Numbered from the stretch's first letter, positions 13,330 to 29,461 are shown. The stretch: 64,000 nucleotides of DNA from Octopus sinensis (GCF_006345805.1 NC_043019.1:17607360-17671359); one strand, 5' to 3'. Translations and numbers: made by a program. The notes: generated by a model not told the origin, from the sequence alone.

Positions 13330-14585
13330 TTCTTGTGCATCACTTTATAGCTTCCTCAGAGCTTCTGGAATGAAGTGTAAGTTTATTTAGAAAAGCTGCT
13401 ACATATATAGAAAAAAAAATTATCAATTGAAATATAAAAATACATAAGTAATGGATTATAGAGTTAGAATGATGCAGTGGTTCTTCAGTTTTGCAAAGTC
13501 CTGTAAAAAGAACTCAGAAGGTTGGCCTCTAACCAGGCCTCTGCAGCAGCGATTACTGCTGAGTCAGAGTGAAATTTTGTTCCCTTCAGGTGTGGAAAGA
13601 GGTGATAGTCAGAGGGTAGGTGGGGGTCAAGTCAGGAGACTAAGGTGAGTGGTCGTCCCAATTTGAAGTCAAAGTCACATATTTTCATGCAATCGGGACA
13701 CCCGTGGCTGAGCTTTCCTTGGTGTTTCTGCTTCAAAGCTTTATGCAGTTCATCCAACAGAGAGGTAGTATGCTGCATTGCTGGTGCAACCTTTCTATGA
13801 GGAGTTCTCCGTTTTTGTCCCAGAACACTGAAGCCAGAATCTTTCCAGCTGATTTCTGGGTTTGAAACTTCTTGGAACATGGTGAACCACTATGGCACCT
13901 CTCCATTGATTACTACTTGGTCTGGAGATCATCATGACGAAGTCAAGTTTCATCCATAATGACAAAACGAGCTATTGAATCAGCCTCTCCTGCTGCAAAC
14001 CAGTACAAAATCGCCTTTGATGTGCTTCTGATCTTTAATCAGGTGTTTCGGCACCCATTTTGTAGAAAGCTTTCTATGTCCAGAATGTTGTGGATGATGT
14101 GGCCAACTCCTTTGCCAGAAATCTCCAGAGTCTCAGCTGTGACTTCAGCTTAAATCCAGCAGTTCTCAAGAATTGTGACATGCAAAACGTTGACTTTGTC
14201 CTCAGTGGTTGTGGAAGTTGGCTGTCCTGCCTGGGGTTCATCTGTGACCTTGAAACGATTAGTCCAAAACCTTGGCACCCAGATTTTCACTGTGGAGTAA
14301 GATGGGCAGCCATCCTTCAAGGCCTCCTTCATCTCACAATGGATTTCTGCTGCTCCTTTGCCTTGCAAAAAATGGAATTTCAAGACTGCTTGTGCTTCAG
14401 TTTTACCAAAATCCACTGTAGGAGCTGCCATCATCCATTAAATCTGCAAAAAAGAGAATGATATATTGTATATCATCTTGATTTTTTGCATATATTCTAG
14501 TTCTCCTACCTCACCTGTAAAGGTATCAGCTCTTCTCTTTCATGATACCCTTAAATCCAGGAACTTTGCAGCACCTCTTCATACA
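13330..14585 (-). mobile_element. Degenerate mariner-type transposon (second family)
   Basis: Minus ORF 14150-14434 (AVLKFHFLQGKGAAEIH..PSYSTVKIW..F..DEPQAGQP) is a mariner HTH region. RFVIMDET* at ~13950-13975 contains the first catalytic Asp. TIRs were not resolved. Confidence 0.8.
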
Positions 14586-15939
14586 ATAGTTCTCAGATAT
14601 AAGATAGCAACACATGTATACACATAGAGAAAAAGCCTATATATATATATATATTAGAAGAAATGAGGTAATCAGAAGATCGGATGGTTCATATTTATAG
14701 ATATTTATTTATATATTACATTTTTTACATATATATATCATATCATTCAGATCATATCATTCAGATTATTAGCGCTTTCTCCCATTCTAGTGGGGTTTTC
14801 AAATCAAATTAATTCCTTTGTGGGGAATTTAATCATTTTATAGAGTTTCGTAGTTGTGGGGAGGAATAAGACAGTACAAGAGGGTGAAGTTGATGAGGAG
14901 GAATTATATATATATATATATATATAATATATATATATATATATTTATTTATTTATGTCAGGTCACTCTTGAGTACTACTGGTAACTGGTAACATGTTAT
15001 CCAGTACAACCTGTCACATGGTTGGGTCATGGGCAGCTGAACCGGTAACCCTACCAAGCTTGCTTGGTGTGGAGGGTGATATCGGGACACCCTGTGGGAT
15101 GAAAAACGAAACCTGTCAAAGGGTTGAGGAACTTGTGAGAGTCAACAGCCATCCAAATGTGTGTGTATATGTGTGTGGCTGTGTATATGTATGTGGTTGT
15201 GTATATGTGTGTGGCTGTGTATATATAAGTTTTAACTTTTGAACATTTTTAACTTTAAACATTTATAAAAAAGTTTATATCTTATTTTGTGTTGTGTTTC
15301 TTATTTTTATATATTGTATATAGTTTATATTGTATTTTATTTTATTGTATATCATTATTTTATAACACTAACATAAGTCTCTTATTATGTCAGGTTTCTG
15401 ATTGCTGAAAGTCCTTTTTAGTAATCTCTGTCTCATAGGATAGACTGGACCCTACAGCCTGGTTAAGGCAACTAGCCTAGGAGATAGTTAACTCTGAAAT
15501 AAAAGCATGAGGCCCTTGAAGATTTGGGTTTTGCCATTCCATATGTCACACCAATGAAATCTTCAATGGTCAAGAAGTGGGGTAGTCCTGTGCTAGCTAT
15601 GTCACTCAAAATATATTCAACTGCACAGATACTTCTCGGACACTACAAGCTCAGTTATCATCAGCCGTATGCTTGGCAGTAACCTTACAATGCACTTTGA
15701 CCCTTTTGTGTTCAGATTATTCAAATATAATGCTTATTTATTGACACTGTTTTGAATTAATCATGCATTAATCACAGGTTTGAGATTTGGATGATGTAAT
15801 TGCTTATTTTCAGAATGACTTTGTAGCATAGGTGTGAGAGGTTAGATCAGGCTGGTTTGAACATAAAACAGGTAAAATATTGGTTGGTTTAGAGGCTAAA
15901 AGGTTAAACTCATTGGAAATGTCTCAAAGAAAAAAAAAT

Positions 15940-17620
15940 CAGTAAATGGCAATAAGGGCTTAGGAATGACTCATGGCAGTAAGGGCTTGAGAATGACTCA
16001 GCAGGTGTCCCTGTATGCCACAGGCTGAGCCTTGTCCTTATCCTACCACAGTGGTCAATCGACAACATAAAAAGATTAAGCACCCAATGAAACTTGCTTG
16101 TTGGAATGTGCATACTCTAGTTGATGACAATTTTAGTCAAAGTCCAGAGAGATGAACCACATTGATCACCTAGGAGTTGAAAAGATACTCATTCGATGTA
16201 GTGACTCTCACTGAAGCATACCTACATGCGGAGAGTCAGTGCAATGAGCATGACTTTGGCTACACTTTCTGTTAGAAAAGTGTAGCAGAGAATCAAGGAA
16301 GAGAGTCAGGTGTTGGCTTGACTGTTAGAAACTTTCAGCTCATCTATTGAAATCTATCCCAGTGGTTTCTCAGAACATATGATATTGTGGTGTCTGCATC
16401 TTAATAAAGGAAGGTACCTTACACTAATAAGTGTTTATGTACCCACAATATCACCCAAAGAAGCATCTGTTGAACAAATCAATAATGAACTTGGAGAATT
16501 GGGAGAAATGGGCTGGCTGGTGATAAGCTAATAATTATGGGTGACTTCAACTTGAGGGTGGGGTCTGATTTCATGATGTGGCTAGCTTTGGGTAAACAAA
16601 GTGTAGGAAAATGTAATCGAAATGGTGTCTCACTCCTTACTTTTTGCACTGAACATTGGCTCATGATAGCAAGCACTTTCAGCAAAAAACATAGATGTAA
16701 AACAATATGGATGCATCCAAGGTCTAAGACTATGTCTTAGTATGTTAATCAGGTTTGAAGGATGTCCACAATGTACAAGCTATGAAAAGAGCAGCATAGT
16801 GGACAAATCTTAGGCTTAGGAGAGAGAAGTTAAATTTTGCAATTGAGCCCCAAATTAGAGAGTAAGGCTCTAGTGTACAAAGGAGAATTAGCATACCAAA
16901 CCTTAATTCTCCCACTTGATTGCAATGTTGTCATGATGCAATGGAAGGTGTCTCACTTAAACAAGAAAATCCATGAGAAAATTTCAAACCACAAGTCTAT
17001 AATGCAGTGTCTTCCACTTTGGGGTACGGATCTAAGAAAGTAGGAGATTGGTTTGTTGGCAATGACTTGGAAATCATTAATCTTCACGAAAAGCAGCAAC
17101 TTGGCAAAAAGTTCTGTGTAAGTCAAATAATCTTAACCAAGACATGAGATATAAATCTCTTAAATTAATAATTCAATGAAGTCTCCAAACAAAGAAAGAA
17201 ATAAGTGGTGGAACCAAAAAGCAAACGATGTGCAAGATGCTATAGACTTAAGTTACAAAAGTCTTTCGATTTTTTGTAAAAGAGGTTTGAAGCTCTAGAC
17301 CAGTGTTTAGAGGCTCTGCTGAGATCTGTTGATGGCCAAAAGCTGTTTACTGATGGTCATACCTACAAAAATGATGGATACAGCACTATTCTGATCTCAG
17401 TAGATGTTCAAATATAAATGTGAGAATAATTGAGGAAATGGTAGACCTCCCTGCAGTCATAGAAATATCTGTTGAACCAACACAAGATGATACTGCAGCA
17501 GCTGTAAGGAAGCTAAGTAATAATAAAATTTTGGATATTGGCAATATTTGCTTGGAAATTCCACAAGTTCCATCCACTTTAAGGGATCTGCACCTCTTTA
17601 TTCAACTGTCTTCAACCATC
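15940..17620 (+). mobile_element. RTE/BovB-like LINE fragment (AP endonuclease and linker), degenerate
   Basis: IIMGDFNLRVG and GKCNRNGVSLLTFCTEH..MIAST..IWMHPRSK (16537-16740) match RTE endonuclease motifs. Confidence 0.75.
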
Positions 17621-17639
17621 CACATCACATGATCAAACC

Positions 17640-20400
17640 AGCATGGTCTTTTCTTTTGCACACTGCATCTAATTCCTCTTATGCCTAACTTTTATCTCAA
17701 TACACCAATGCTCTGTTGTGGATATACACTGACATTGCAGATCTAGTGGAACATACTGGTTTCATTCCTCTCTAGTCTTCACGTTCTAGTCTCTGCGTTC
17801 AGGGCCCACATCTCCCTACCGTGTATCATTGCTGTTCATACACATGCATGATACAATCTTTCCTTCACTGGGAGAGAAAGAAAGACCTTTGTTTATCAAC
17901 AGAAGTGAAAGTTCTCTGAACTTTCTCCATCCTATTCTTCTAGTAATTACACTTTCAGTACATCTCCCTTCACTGCTAATTATGTCAGCTAGGTAGCAGA
18001 AGTATCTACTACTTCCAGAGAACCTTGGGGACATTTGAGGAAATCAGTTTCCCATGTATCTGTAGTCTTTATGGCTCCTGTACATCTTCCACACACAAGC
18101 ACTACTTTCTCTGTTGATTTTCCTACTATTCCACTGCACCTCTTGTGTTTTCCTAGCTTGCACTGGGTACACTGAATGGAATTCCCGCCTACACTTTTCT
18201 TTCATATTGAGCAGGGTTATTTACCTGAAACAAGTGGGGTCCTGTCTGATATTTTTCCTTACTAGGATCTTGGTCTTTGCTAAGTTAACTTTGAGACCCT
18301 TTGATTTTAGGTTTTGTTTTCACATCTGAAATTTCTTTTCTAGTTCTGTTACAGATTCTACTATGAGGGCAAGATTATCAGCATATAATTCCCTTGAGTT
18401 TCCAGTCTTAAATCCCTCTGTTATGACCTGGAGGACGATGATGAACAGAAGGGGACTGAGGACCGAGCCTTGGTGAACACCTATCTGTACACTAAATTCA
18501 TTACTGTACTCATGGCTAAGTCTTACCTTACTAACAGCACCCTTGTACATGTTCTGTACTGCTTTCATAAGCCGTTTGTCTATCCTTAGCTTCCTCAGAT
18601 GCCATCATATCACTTAGCAAGGGACCCTGTTGAAGGCTTTCTCCAGATCAACAAATACCAAGTACAATGGCTTATTCTTGGCTAAATACTTCTCCTGCAG
18701 TTGCTTGGCTATAATAATAGCATTATTAGTGTTTCTCCCTGGCACAGAGCTAATCTGCATTTCATTTTGTCTAATTCTGTTCCTGTTATGACCGGTCTAG
18801 TAATTTCATGCTTCCCTTTAAGTCATTTCCCTTACCCTTGTAGCAGCTGGTTCTGGTGCTGTTACACTTGTCACTGGAGCTTATGCCTTCCTGAATAATC
18901 TGATTAACTTTATGGATGACTAGACCATATTATGCTCTATCAAATATTTTAAGAATCTCAACAGCAACTTTTGATGGACCATGGATTTTCCCCGTCTTCA
19001 TACCCTTAATTGCCTTATCTATCATACTGCTGTCAACTAGGATAACTGGTCCCTCTGTTGGGTTCACATGGAGGAGACTCTGTTTCTTCCATTCATTCTC
19101 TGCATTTAATAACCTTTCATAGTCGTTCTTTCATGTTTCTTACCAGAGTTACTAAGTGTAAGCATACCATCATCCATCTGTACACGCTTCTCTCTCTCAC
19201 ATCTTCATTCTCTTTGGCACACTGTCTACCAATCCAAGACACCTCAAGTCTCCCATCTTCACATTGTAAGACATTCGCAAACCTCTTCCTTTCTGCCCTT
19301 AGCTAGATAAACCTGATGCCTAGCTTCTCTTTTTGCTATTTGATAGGGTTCTTTCCTACCCCCACATTCCCCTCTTTCCAAACCATTCTCTTCACTTTTA
19401 TGGCCTTGTTGACCTCACTGTTTCACCACAAAGTCACCCATGGTCTGGCAGAGTTTTGCTCCAACCACATATTTGGTCTGTTGCTCTCAGCAGATTGTCT
19501 CACAAAATCCTTGTTTTCCTCTTTGTTGTATGTCTGTCTCTTCCTCCTTCTCATCAACTTCTTCTTTCATATCAGTTTGTTTCTCTGTATCCTTCTAGCC
19601 CTAAGTTTGAAGTTGCTAACCATTAACCTATGTTAAGTTGTACATTCTTCATCTGGGAACCAGTTTGCATTCACAAGCTTATGCCTGTCCGTGTTTCTGG
19701 TGAGAATGTAGTCAGTCTGGCTGGTGTGCCCAACAAATTCATAAGTGATCAAATGGATGGCAGGTTTCTTGAAGTTGATGTTGCAAACCAGTAAGTCATT
19801 TACATCACGAAACACCTACAGCCTTGTTCCCTCCTCATTTCTAGAACCAAAACTGTAACCTCCATGCATGCCATGGAATCCAGCATGACCATTGAAGTGC
19901 TCTGCCATGATGAGAATGTTAACCCTGTAGTCAACAGAAGGGATTCATAGAAACAATCCTTTTGAAATGTTGTGAGTCTGACATATGGAACTTAGGCAGA
20001 GATAAATGACACTATTACATTAAACAAAATTCTTAGCTTAATAATCCTATAACACACCTTAATTACCTCAGTCTCCTTATCCACCAATTTCTCTGCTAGA
20101 AGAATACCTACACCACGTAAACCGTCATTGCTGCCCACCCAGAAAAATTTGTATGTATGTCTCTTGCCTACAAGTAGTCTGAGGTCCCCCTCCATTGTAC
20201 TTCTTGCACACAGCATACATCTATATGCCTCCACTTGAACATTTCAAGAATCTCCCCAGACCTACCTTTCATTATGCCAATGTTCATTGTGGACCTGGGA
20301 ACTTGGGGTGGAGGGATGTTTTTAGCGTCTGGAAAGATCTTTGTAGTCACTTGCTTGGAGGCAGCAAGTCCTTGTGCTTAGTGTGAGCAGGTACTGGTTG
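17640..20400 (-). mobile_element. Near-full-length degenerate RTE-clade LINE (APE + RT)
   Basis: Minus strand: IDVCCVQEVQW (endonuclease motif I), SQTDYIL, GVHQGSVLSPLLF and LYADNL (decayed YADD), GWRKFRELS. Many stops. Confidence 0.85.
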
Positions 20401-22238
20401 CTACTAACAAAGTTGACAATATTGAGAATAATGGGTCAAAAGAATGTTGATGATGGTTACAAATTAAAACAGCCACCAAGTTAGAACACAACTGGCCAGG
20501 TATTTCTGTACGGGTCTTTAAGGAAAAAGGTATGTTCTGTTGCGAAAATCAGTTGCCATCTAGACACCAATGTAGTTAGAAAAATACAAGGAAAAGAGGA
20601 CATCTACTGACCATTGATAAGGAATTTGCAAATCCAGTACCCAGCTTCATACCTATTAATGGAGCAATAGAATACCAACCTGTCTGGAGCAAAGTATGGC
20701 TGAACCTGGGTCCTTGTGGGAGGGAACACAAATCCTTAATTCATATACAAATGATGACAATATCTGGGGCCATAAAAGTCTGCAAGATTTTCTTAAAATT
20801 TAAAGGATGATGCTTTCCTTCACAACCTTGGTATCAAGCAGGTGGCCAGTCAAAATGTATTCTAAATTAAAAAGAGAAAGAGTACGTACATACATATATA
20901 CATACATGTGTAAACAAGAGAGAATGGATTGAGTAAACATGTTTTCTTGCATAATACAACGATTGTTTTATCTCTGCTTTACCAGTGGATTATTGCTGAA
21001 ATATTATCATATATCAAATATATTGGTTTCAAATTTTAGCACAGGTCCAGAAATTTCAGGGGAGGGGGTAAGTCAATTACTTCGACCCCAGTGCTCAACT
21101 AGTACTTACTTTGTTGTCCCTGAGAAGATAAAACGCAAAGTTGACTTTGGTGGAATTTGAACTCAGAACATGCAGATGGATGAAATGCTACTAAGCATTT
21201 TGTCTGGTGTACTAACAACTCTGCCCGCTTGCTGCTTTAATATATTAGATATATTAATCATCATCATCAATGTTTAATGTCCGCTTTCCATGCTAGCATG
21301 GGTTGGACGATTTTGACTGAGGGCTGGCGAGCCAGATGGCTGCACCAGGCTCCAATCTTGATCTGGCAGAGTTTCTACAGCTGGATGCCCTTCCTAACAC
21401 CAACCACTCAGACAGTGTAATATTAATATCATTTAATATATTACATATATTGAATGATACATCACATCTGTATTATTCCAGCAACATTCGTTAGTGAAGA
21501 TTCTTTAGGTATGAATGCAATGAGTTTACTAAATCAAACTATATTCCACAGAAGACATAGACCTCGCGTTCATTCTGTTGCAATCACTTTTAAAATCAAA
21601 TCAAACACCATTAGATCATAAACCACAGATTCAGTTCAGCTGGTCAAGAAAATGGGTGAAGGAGGAAAACAAATGATAAAAACATAGCATTTAATTTATC
21701 TGCGTGTCTGCATAGTTCCTATCTCCTAATAACCAACGTCCCCAGAGGTCAGTAAGATGTTTGAACAGAACAGTCCGGTATTCTCTTTACCAAAGAGCTG
21801 TCTAATACCTCGGATTGATTTATAACTGGCCAACTATTTTAGTTGCAGTCTCATTCTTATATTAACATGAAGTGTTTTGAAGAAATAAGTCATTAAATAA
21901 AACGAGTAAAATAAAATTATCTTTAAAGATTGATGAATTAGGAATCACTTTCTATTCCTTTATGTTCATGTGTGTGTGTATGTATTACACACACACACAC
22001 ACACTACACACACACAGATATACATACATGTGCACATACAATGAGATACAGTATTAATTGTATAACATGTATGTATGTATATATATATATTGTTTTTCTT
22101 CAATTTTGCCATATGTGAGTTACAAATATTGTTTTCTGTGGAGACTTATTTTTGTAGTAAAAGGAAATAGTAGTCTGTTGGCTGCTATTTCTAATATTTT
22201 CGGTATGTGGTTTAAGCAACTTTTTGCAAAAAAACCCT

Positions 22239-23945
<1,707 letters not shown>

Positions 23946-24364
23946 ACACCTATTTATATGTCCACCTTTGTATGTGCACACATTTGTACATACACATTAA
24001 TAAGGTAGTCCATGACCTATATTGGTTTCATACGTTTGGCACGAGGCCAGCAGATTTGGGTAAGGGGCCAAGTCAATTACATTGGCCCCAGTGCTCAAGT
24101 GGCACTTATTTTATTGACCCCAAAAGGATGGAAGGGAAAGTCGCCCCCCCTCCTCAGCATTTGAATTCAGAACGTTAAGACAGATGAAATACTGCTAAGC
24201 ATTTCGCCTGGCCTGCTAACAACCCTGCCAATTCATTGCCTTGTCAGTAACTTATATTAACAAAGATAAAATCAAATATTAAAAGATCAAAAATTACCCT
24301 ATAATTAAAGGATAAAAGATTACAGGTAAACAAGTACAACTGAATGCATATTATATATATTCTT

Positions 24365-24771
24365 CTATCTTTTACTTGTTTCAGTCATTACTCTGTGGCC
24401 ATGCTGGGACACCACCTTAAACAATTTTAGTCAAATGACTCGACCCCAGGACTCGTTTTTTTGAGCCTGGTACTTATTTTATCAGTCTCTTTTGCCAAAC
24501 TGCTAAGTTATGGGGACCTAAACACACTGACACCGATTGTCAAGCAATGTGGTGGGGACACACACATGAACACAGTTGTGAAGTCTCACACAGGCATGCA
24601 TGTGCATACATGCACACACAAACACACAATAGGCTTCTTTCAGTTTCCATCTATCAGGCCCACTCACAAAGCTATAGTAGAAGACACTTGCCCAAGATAC
24701 CATGCTGTGGGATTGAACCTAGAACCATGCTGTTGGGAAGTGAACTTCTTACCACACAGCCATACCTATGC
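24365..24771 (-). mobile_element. tRNA-type SINE (family B), diverged
   Basis: Colinear with the 4316-4731 copy. Confidence 0.75.
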
Positions 24772-25195
24772 CTATTGGTGATGGTGACAGTATATTGAGA
24801 ACTCACTGGTTGTGTAAGGCCAGGGGGCACATAGCCACTTCGATGAACATGAAACAGAAGAGCATAGCAAGAACTACCCTTCCATTGAAACCTCATCAGC
24901 AAAACCCTACATAAGTGATAACATTTTGGTAATAATCTGCTGGTCAAGTGGAGATGAAACAGTAGCATTATTAGGCAATAAAATCTGCTTGCTCAATCCA
25001 TTCTCTCTTACTCTTTACTCTTTTATATATACTCATTGATATTTCTGGATTTCCAGATGCATCTTCAATAATATGACTGGTTTTCACTGTAAAACTGTCT
25101 GGAAGCTCGTACCTATTGATGGGCTTTCTAACGCAAACTGGTTAGTCCACATTACTCTGTAAGGAGCATAAGGCCAGCATCGCTAGTTTATTATA

Positions 25196-25388
25196 TACTC
25201 TTTTACTCTTTTACTTGTTTCAGTCATTTGACTGCGGCCAAGCTGGAGCACCACCTTTTAATCGAGCAACTTGACCCCGGGACTTATTCTTTTGTAAGCC
25301 CAGTATTTATTCTATCGGTCTCTTTTGCCGAACCGCTAAGTAAGGGGGACATAAACACACCAACATCAAGCAATGCTAGGGGGACAAA
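25196..25388 (-). mobile_element. SINE family B, 3' half only, truncated at a foldback element
   Basis: Matches the family B tail and body, then stops at GGGGGACAAA where the 25390 inverted repeat begins. Confidence 0.75.
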
Positions 25389-25389
25389 T

Positions 25390-25748
25390 GTACTATAATA
25401 CAAACAATGGGCTGTGTATACCTGTTGTAATTTAGTCATCCATAGTCTGATATGATATTTCGGAATAAAATTCCTTCTTCAGATATTCTTAGATGGAGTC
25501 GCTGCTATTATCGGTTTTCCAACGGCTTTTCTCATGAGGAATTCCGGAAGGGGCTTCATGAGACCACTATTGGGACACCTCCAAAAAAAAAAAAACAAAT
25601 AAAAAAGAAAAGCCATTGGAAAACCGATTATAGCAGCGACTCCATCAAAGAATTTCTGAAGAAGGAATTTCATTCCGAAATATCATATCATACTATGGAT
25701 GACTAAATTACAACAGGTATACACAGCCCATTGTCTGTATTCTAGTGC
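25390..25748. mobile_element. Foldback/MITE-like element with ~143-bp inverted arms
   Basis: 25390-25532 is the reverse complement of 25606-25748 with scattered mismatches, around a 73-bp spacer. Confidence 0.85.
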
Positions 25749-25803
25749 GTTGTTGTACCATTCAAAACTTTTTATTCTTTATAATCAATACACAATACTC
25801 TCC

Positions 25804-25837
<34 letters not shown>

Positions 25838-26133
25838 ATGGAATTTATAATGGTAATAATGTAATTTTCTAGAAATTTCTGTCACCCTTTTTTTCAAGTA
25901 GCATGCGTACTGTGAAAAATTATATGGTTATGGACAATATGTCCAATTTTGGCATTTTTGGCATTAGAAATTTTTTCGTTTGCCCTTATTTACAAGTTGT
26001 ATATATATAATATATATATATATATGTGTACAGTACAGATAAAGGGTGAAATATAATTAATTTAATAAAATTAAAAAATTTCACCAAGTAGTATTTCGGT
26101 ATGGAAAAGGACCATATTCGGTAAAATTATATC

Positions 26134-26326
26134 TAATTATAACAATGAGGGTCTTTGCAGCAAGTTGCTAAACCACATACCAAAAGTATTAGAAATAGCA
26201 GCCAGATGACTGTTATTTCTTTTACTACAAAAATATGTTCCCGTCTACGTTGTCCTCTGGCTGCTATTTCTAATACTTTCGATATGTGGTCTAGCAACTT
26301 GCTGCAAAGACCCTCATTGTTATAAT

Positions 26327-26328
<2 letters not shown>
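26134..26328. mobile_element. MITE-like element with 73-bp inverted arms
   Basis: 26134-26206 pairs with 26256-26328. A partial relative lies at ~22120-22230. Confidence 0.8.
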
Positions 26329-26357
<29 letters not shown>

Positions 26358-26844
26358 TATTCATTCCTTTTTGGATGGTACGTCAGTTCACCACAAGATT
26401 ACTCATTTTTTACTAGCTGAGGGGGTAGGAGCAGTGTAAAATGAAGTCTTTTACTCGAGAACACATTACATTGTCTGGTCCAGGAACTGAAACCACCATC
26501 TTTCAACCATGAGTCCAACACCATAACCACTAAGCCATCTGCCTTTCCTTCAAAAACAAATTACAAAGTTCATATCCAAATTGAACTGTTATATATATAT
26601 ATATATATACACACACATTTATGTATGTGTGTGCGTGCACCACACACATATATATATATATATATATATCATCATCATCATCAATCATCATCATCATTAA
26701 CATCCGCTTTCCATGCTAGCATGGGTTGGACGGTTCAACTGGGGTCTGGGGAGCCCGAAAGCTGCACCAGTCCAGTCAGATCTGGCAGTTGTTTCTACAG
26801 CTGGATGCCCTTCCTAACGCCAACCACTCCGAGAGTGTAGTGGG

Positions 26845-28230
26845 TGATTTTATTGCCACCGACACAGGTGCCAGACGAGGCTGGCAGACGCCACGCTCGG
26901 ATGGTGTTTTTTATGTGCCACCGACACAAGGTGCCAGACGACGCTGGCAGACGGCCACGCTCGGATGGTGTTTTTATGTGCCACCGACACAGGTGCCAGA
27001 CGAGGCTGGCAGACGGCCACGCTCGGATGGTGTTTTTATGTGCCACCGACACAGGTGCCAGATGAGACTGGCAAACGGCCACGATCGGATGGTGCTTGTT
27101 ACGTGCCCACAGCACAGAGGCCAGTCGATGCGGTACTGGCTACGGCCACGTTCGGATGTTTTCTTATGTGCCACGTGCCACCGGCACTGGTACCACAAAG
27201 ATACAAATTCCATTGATGTTCATCTATTTTGATTGTTTTGATTTTCACTTGCCTCAACAGGTCTTCACAAGTGTCACAAGAAGGAAGGTATGCACAGGTG
27301 GACTGACTACGTCCCAGGTAGGGGCCATGGGTTATGGCCTGACTAGTCTTGCCGGGTCTTCGGATGTGTTTTTATGTGCCACCGACACAGGTGCTAGTTG
27401 AGGCTGGCGAACGGCCACGATCGGATGGTGTTTGTCATGTGCCCACCGCACTGACTACAGCACTGATGGATTTCTTGTGTGCCACAGGCACTGGTACCAC
27501 AGGCACTGGTACCACAAGATACAAATTCCATTGATGTTCATCTATTTTGTCTATTTTGATTTGATTTGATTTGATTTTCACTTGCCTCAACCGGTCTTCA
27601 CAAGTGTCACAAGAAGGAAGGTATGCACAGGTGGACTGACTAGTCTTGCCGGGTCTTCGGAAGGTGTTTTTTATGTGCCACCGACACAGGTGCCAGATGA
27701 GGCTGGCGAACGGCCATGATCGGATGGTGTTTGTTACGTGCCACAGCACGAGGCCGGTCGATGCGGAACTGGCTACGGCCACGTTCGGATGGTTCTCTTG
27801 TGTGCCACCGGCACTGGTACCACAAAGTGTGTGCCACCGGCACTGGTACCACAAAGATACAGATTCCATTGATGTTCATCTATTTTGATTTGTTTTGATT
27901 TTCACTTGCCTCAACAGGTCTTCACAAGTGTCACAAGAAGGAAGGTATGCACAGGTGGACTGACTAGTCTTGCCGGGTCTTCGGAAGGTTTTTTAATGTG
28001 CCACCGACACAGGTGCCAGATGAGGCTGGCGAACGGCCATGATCGGATGGTGTTTGTTACGTGCCCACAGCACGGAGGCGGTCGATGCCCGAATGTGGCT
28101 GGCTACGGCCACGTTCGGATGGTTCTCTTGTGTGCCACCGCACTGGTACCCCCAAGATACAGATTCCATTGATGTTCATCTATTTTGATTTGTTTTGATT
28201 TTCACTTGCCTCAACGGTCTTACACAGTGT
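26845..28230. repeat. Higher-order tandem repeat derived from a family D repeat interior
   Basis: ~62-bp units (TGCCACCGACACAGGTGCCAGA..GGATGGTGTTTTTATG) are nested in four ~300-bp super-units marked by AAGATACA(A/G)ATTCCATTGATGTTCATCTATTTTG. Confidence 0.85.
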
Positions 28231-28494
28231 CCATATATATAAATAAAATCATCATCACTACTATTTTCCATGTTGGCATGGATGGGCTGAACAGTTTGAC
28301 AGGAGCTGGCATTGCCAACCAAAAGATAAAATATAAGCCCTGAAGTGGTTCTCTCCTCTTAAGGAAAATATTCACATTCTCTGTCATCTCATAGTCTTCT
28401 CTCTCTCTCTCTCTCTCCCCCTTTCCCTCTCTTGCTCTCTAAACAACTATAAGCAGCAGCAGTTGAAGTTCTCAGTCAAGTAACGACATATATG

Positions 28495-28654
28495 TATATG
28501 TGTGTGTGTGTGTTTGCTTGAAGCGAACTACAATACTCTCATCTATATATACCTGTACACACATATACATACATACATACATACATACATACATACATAC
28601 ATACTACATACATACATATGTATGTATGTATATATGTATGTATGTATATGTATG

Positions 28655-28689
<35 letters not shown>

Positions 28690-29292
28690 ATATGTATATA
28701 TATGTGTATGTATGTTTATATATATGTATGTATGTTTATATATATGTATATATATATGTATGTATGTTCATATATATGTATATATATATGTATGTATGTT
28801 TATATATGTATGTATGTATGTTTATATATATGTATATATATATATGTACGTATGTTTATATATATGTTATATGTATGTATGTTTATATATATGTTTATAT
28901 GTATGTATGTTTATATGTATGTATGTTTATATGTATGTATGTTTATATATATTTATATGTATGTATGTTTATATATATATGTATTATGTATGTATGTTTA
29001 TATATGTATATATGTTTATGTTTATATATATGTATATATATTGTATGTATGTATATATATTATATATGTTATATTATTATTATATAGTATATATATATAT
29101 TATATATATGTATATGTATGTTTATATATATGTATATATATGTATGTATGTTTATATATATGTATATATATGTATGTATGTTTATATATATGTATGTATG
29201 TTTATATATATGTATGTATGTTTATATATGTATGATGTTTATTATATACGTATGTATGTTTATATATATGTATATATATATGTATGTATGTT

Positions 29293-29341
<49 letters not shown>

Positions 29342-29428
29342 ATATGTATATATATATATGTATGTATGTTTATATATATGTTTATATGTATGTATGTATA
29401 TATATATGTATATATGTTTTTATGTATG

Positions 29429-29461
<33 letters not shown>

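Noticed and set aside
13590-13644. Exonised cassette in the antisense mariner (CCCTTCAG ... AAG|GTGAGT)
   Set aside because: It is 55 nt long and has an in-frame TGA in the phase required by the flanking exons.
26726-28172. Overlapping Arg/Cys/His-rich ORFs
   Set aside because: They are products of the GC-rich tandem repeat, open in several frames on both strands.
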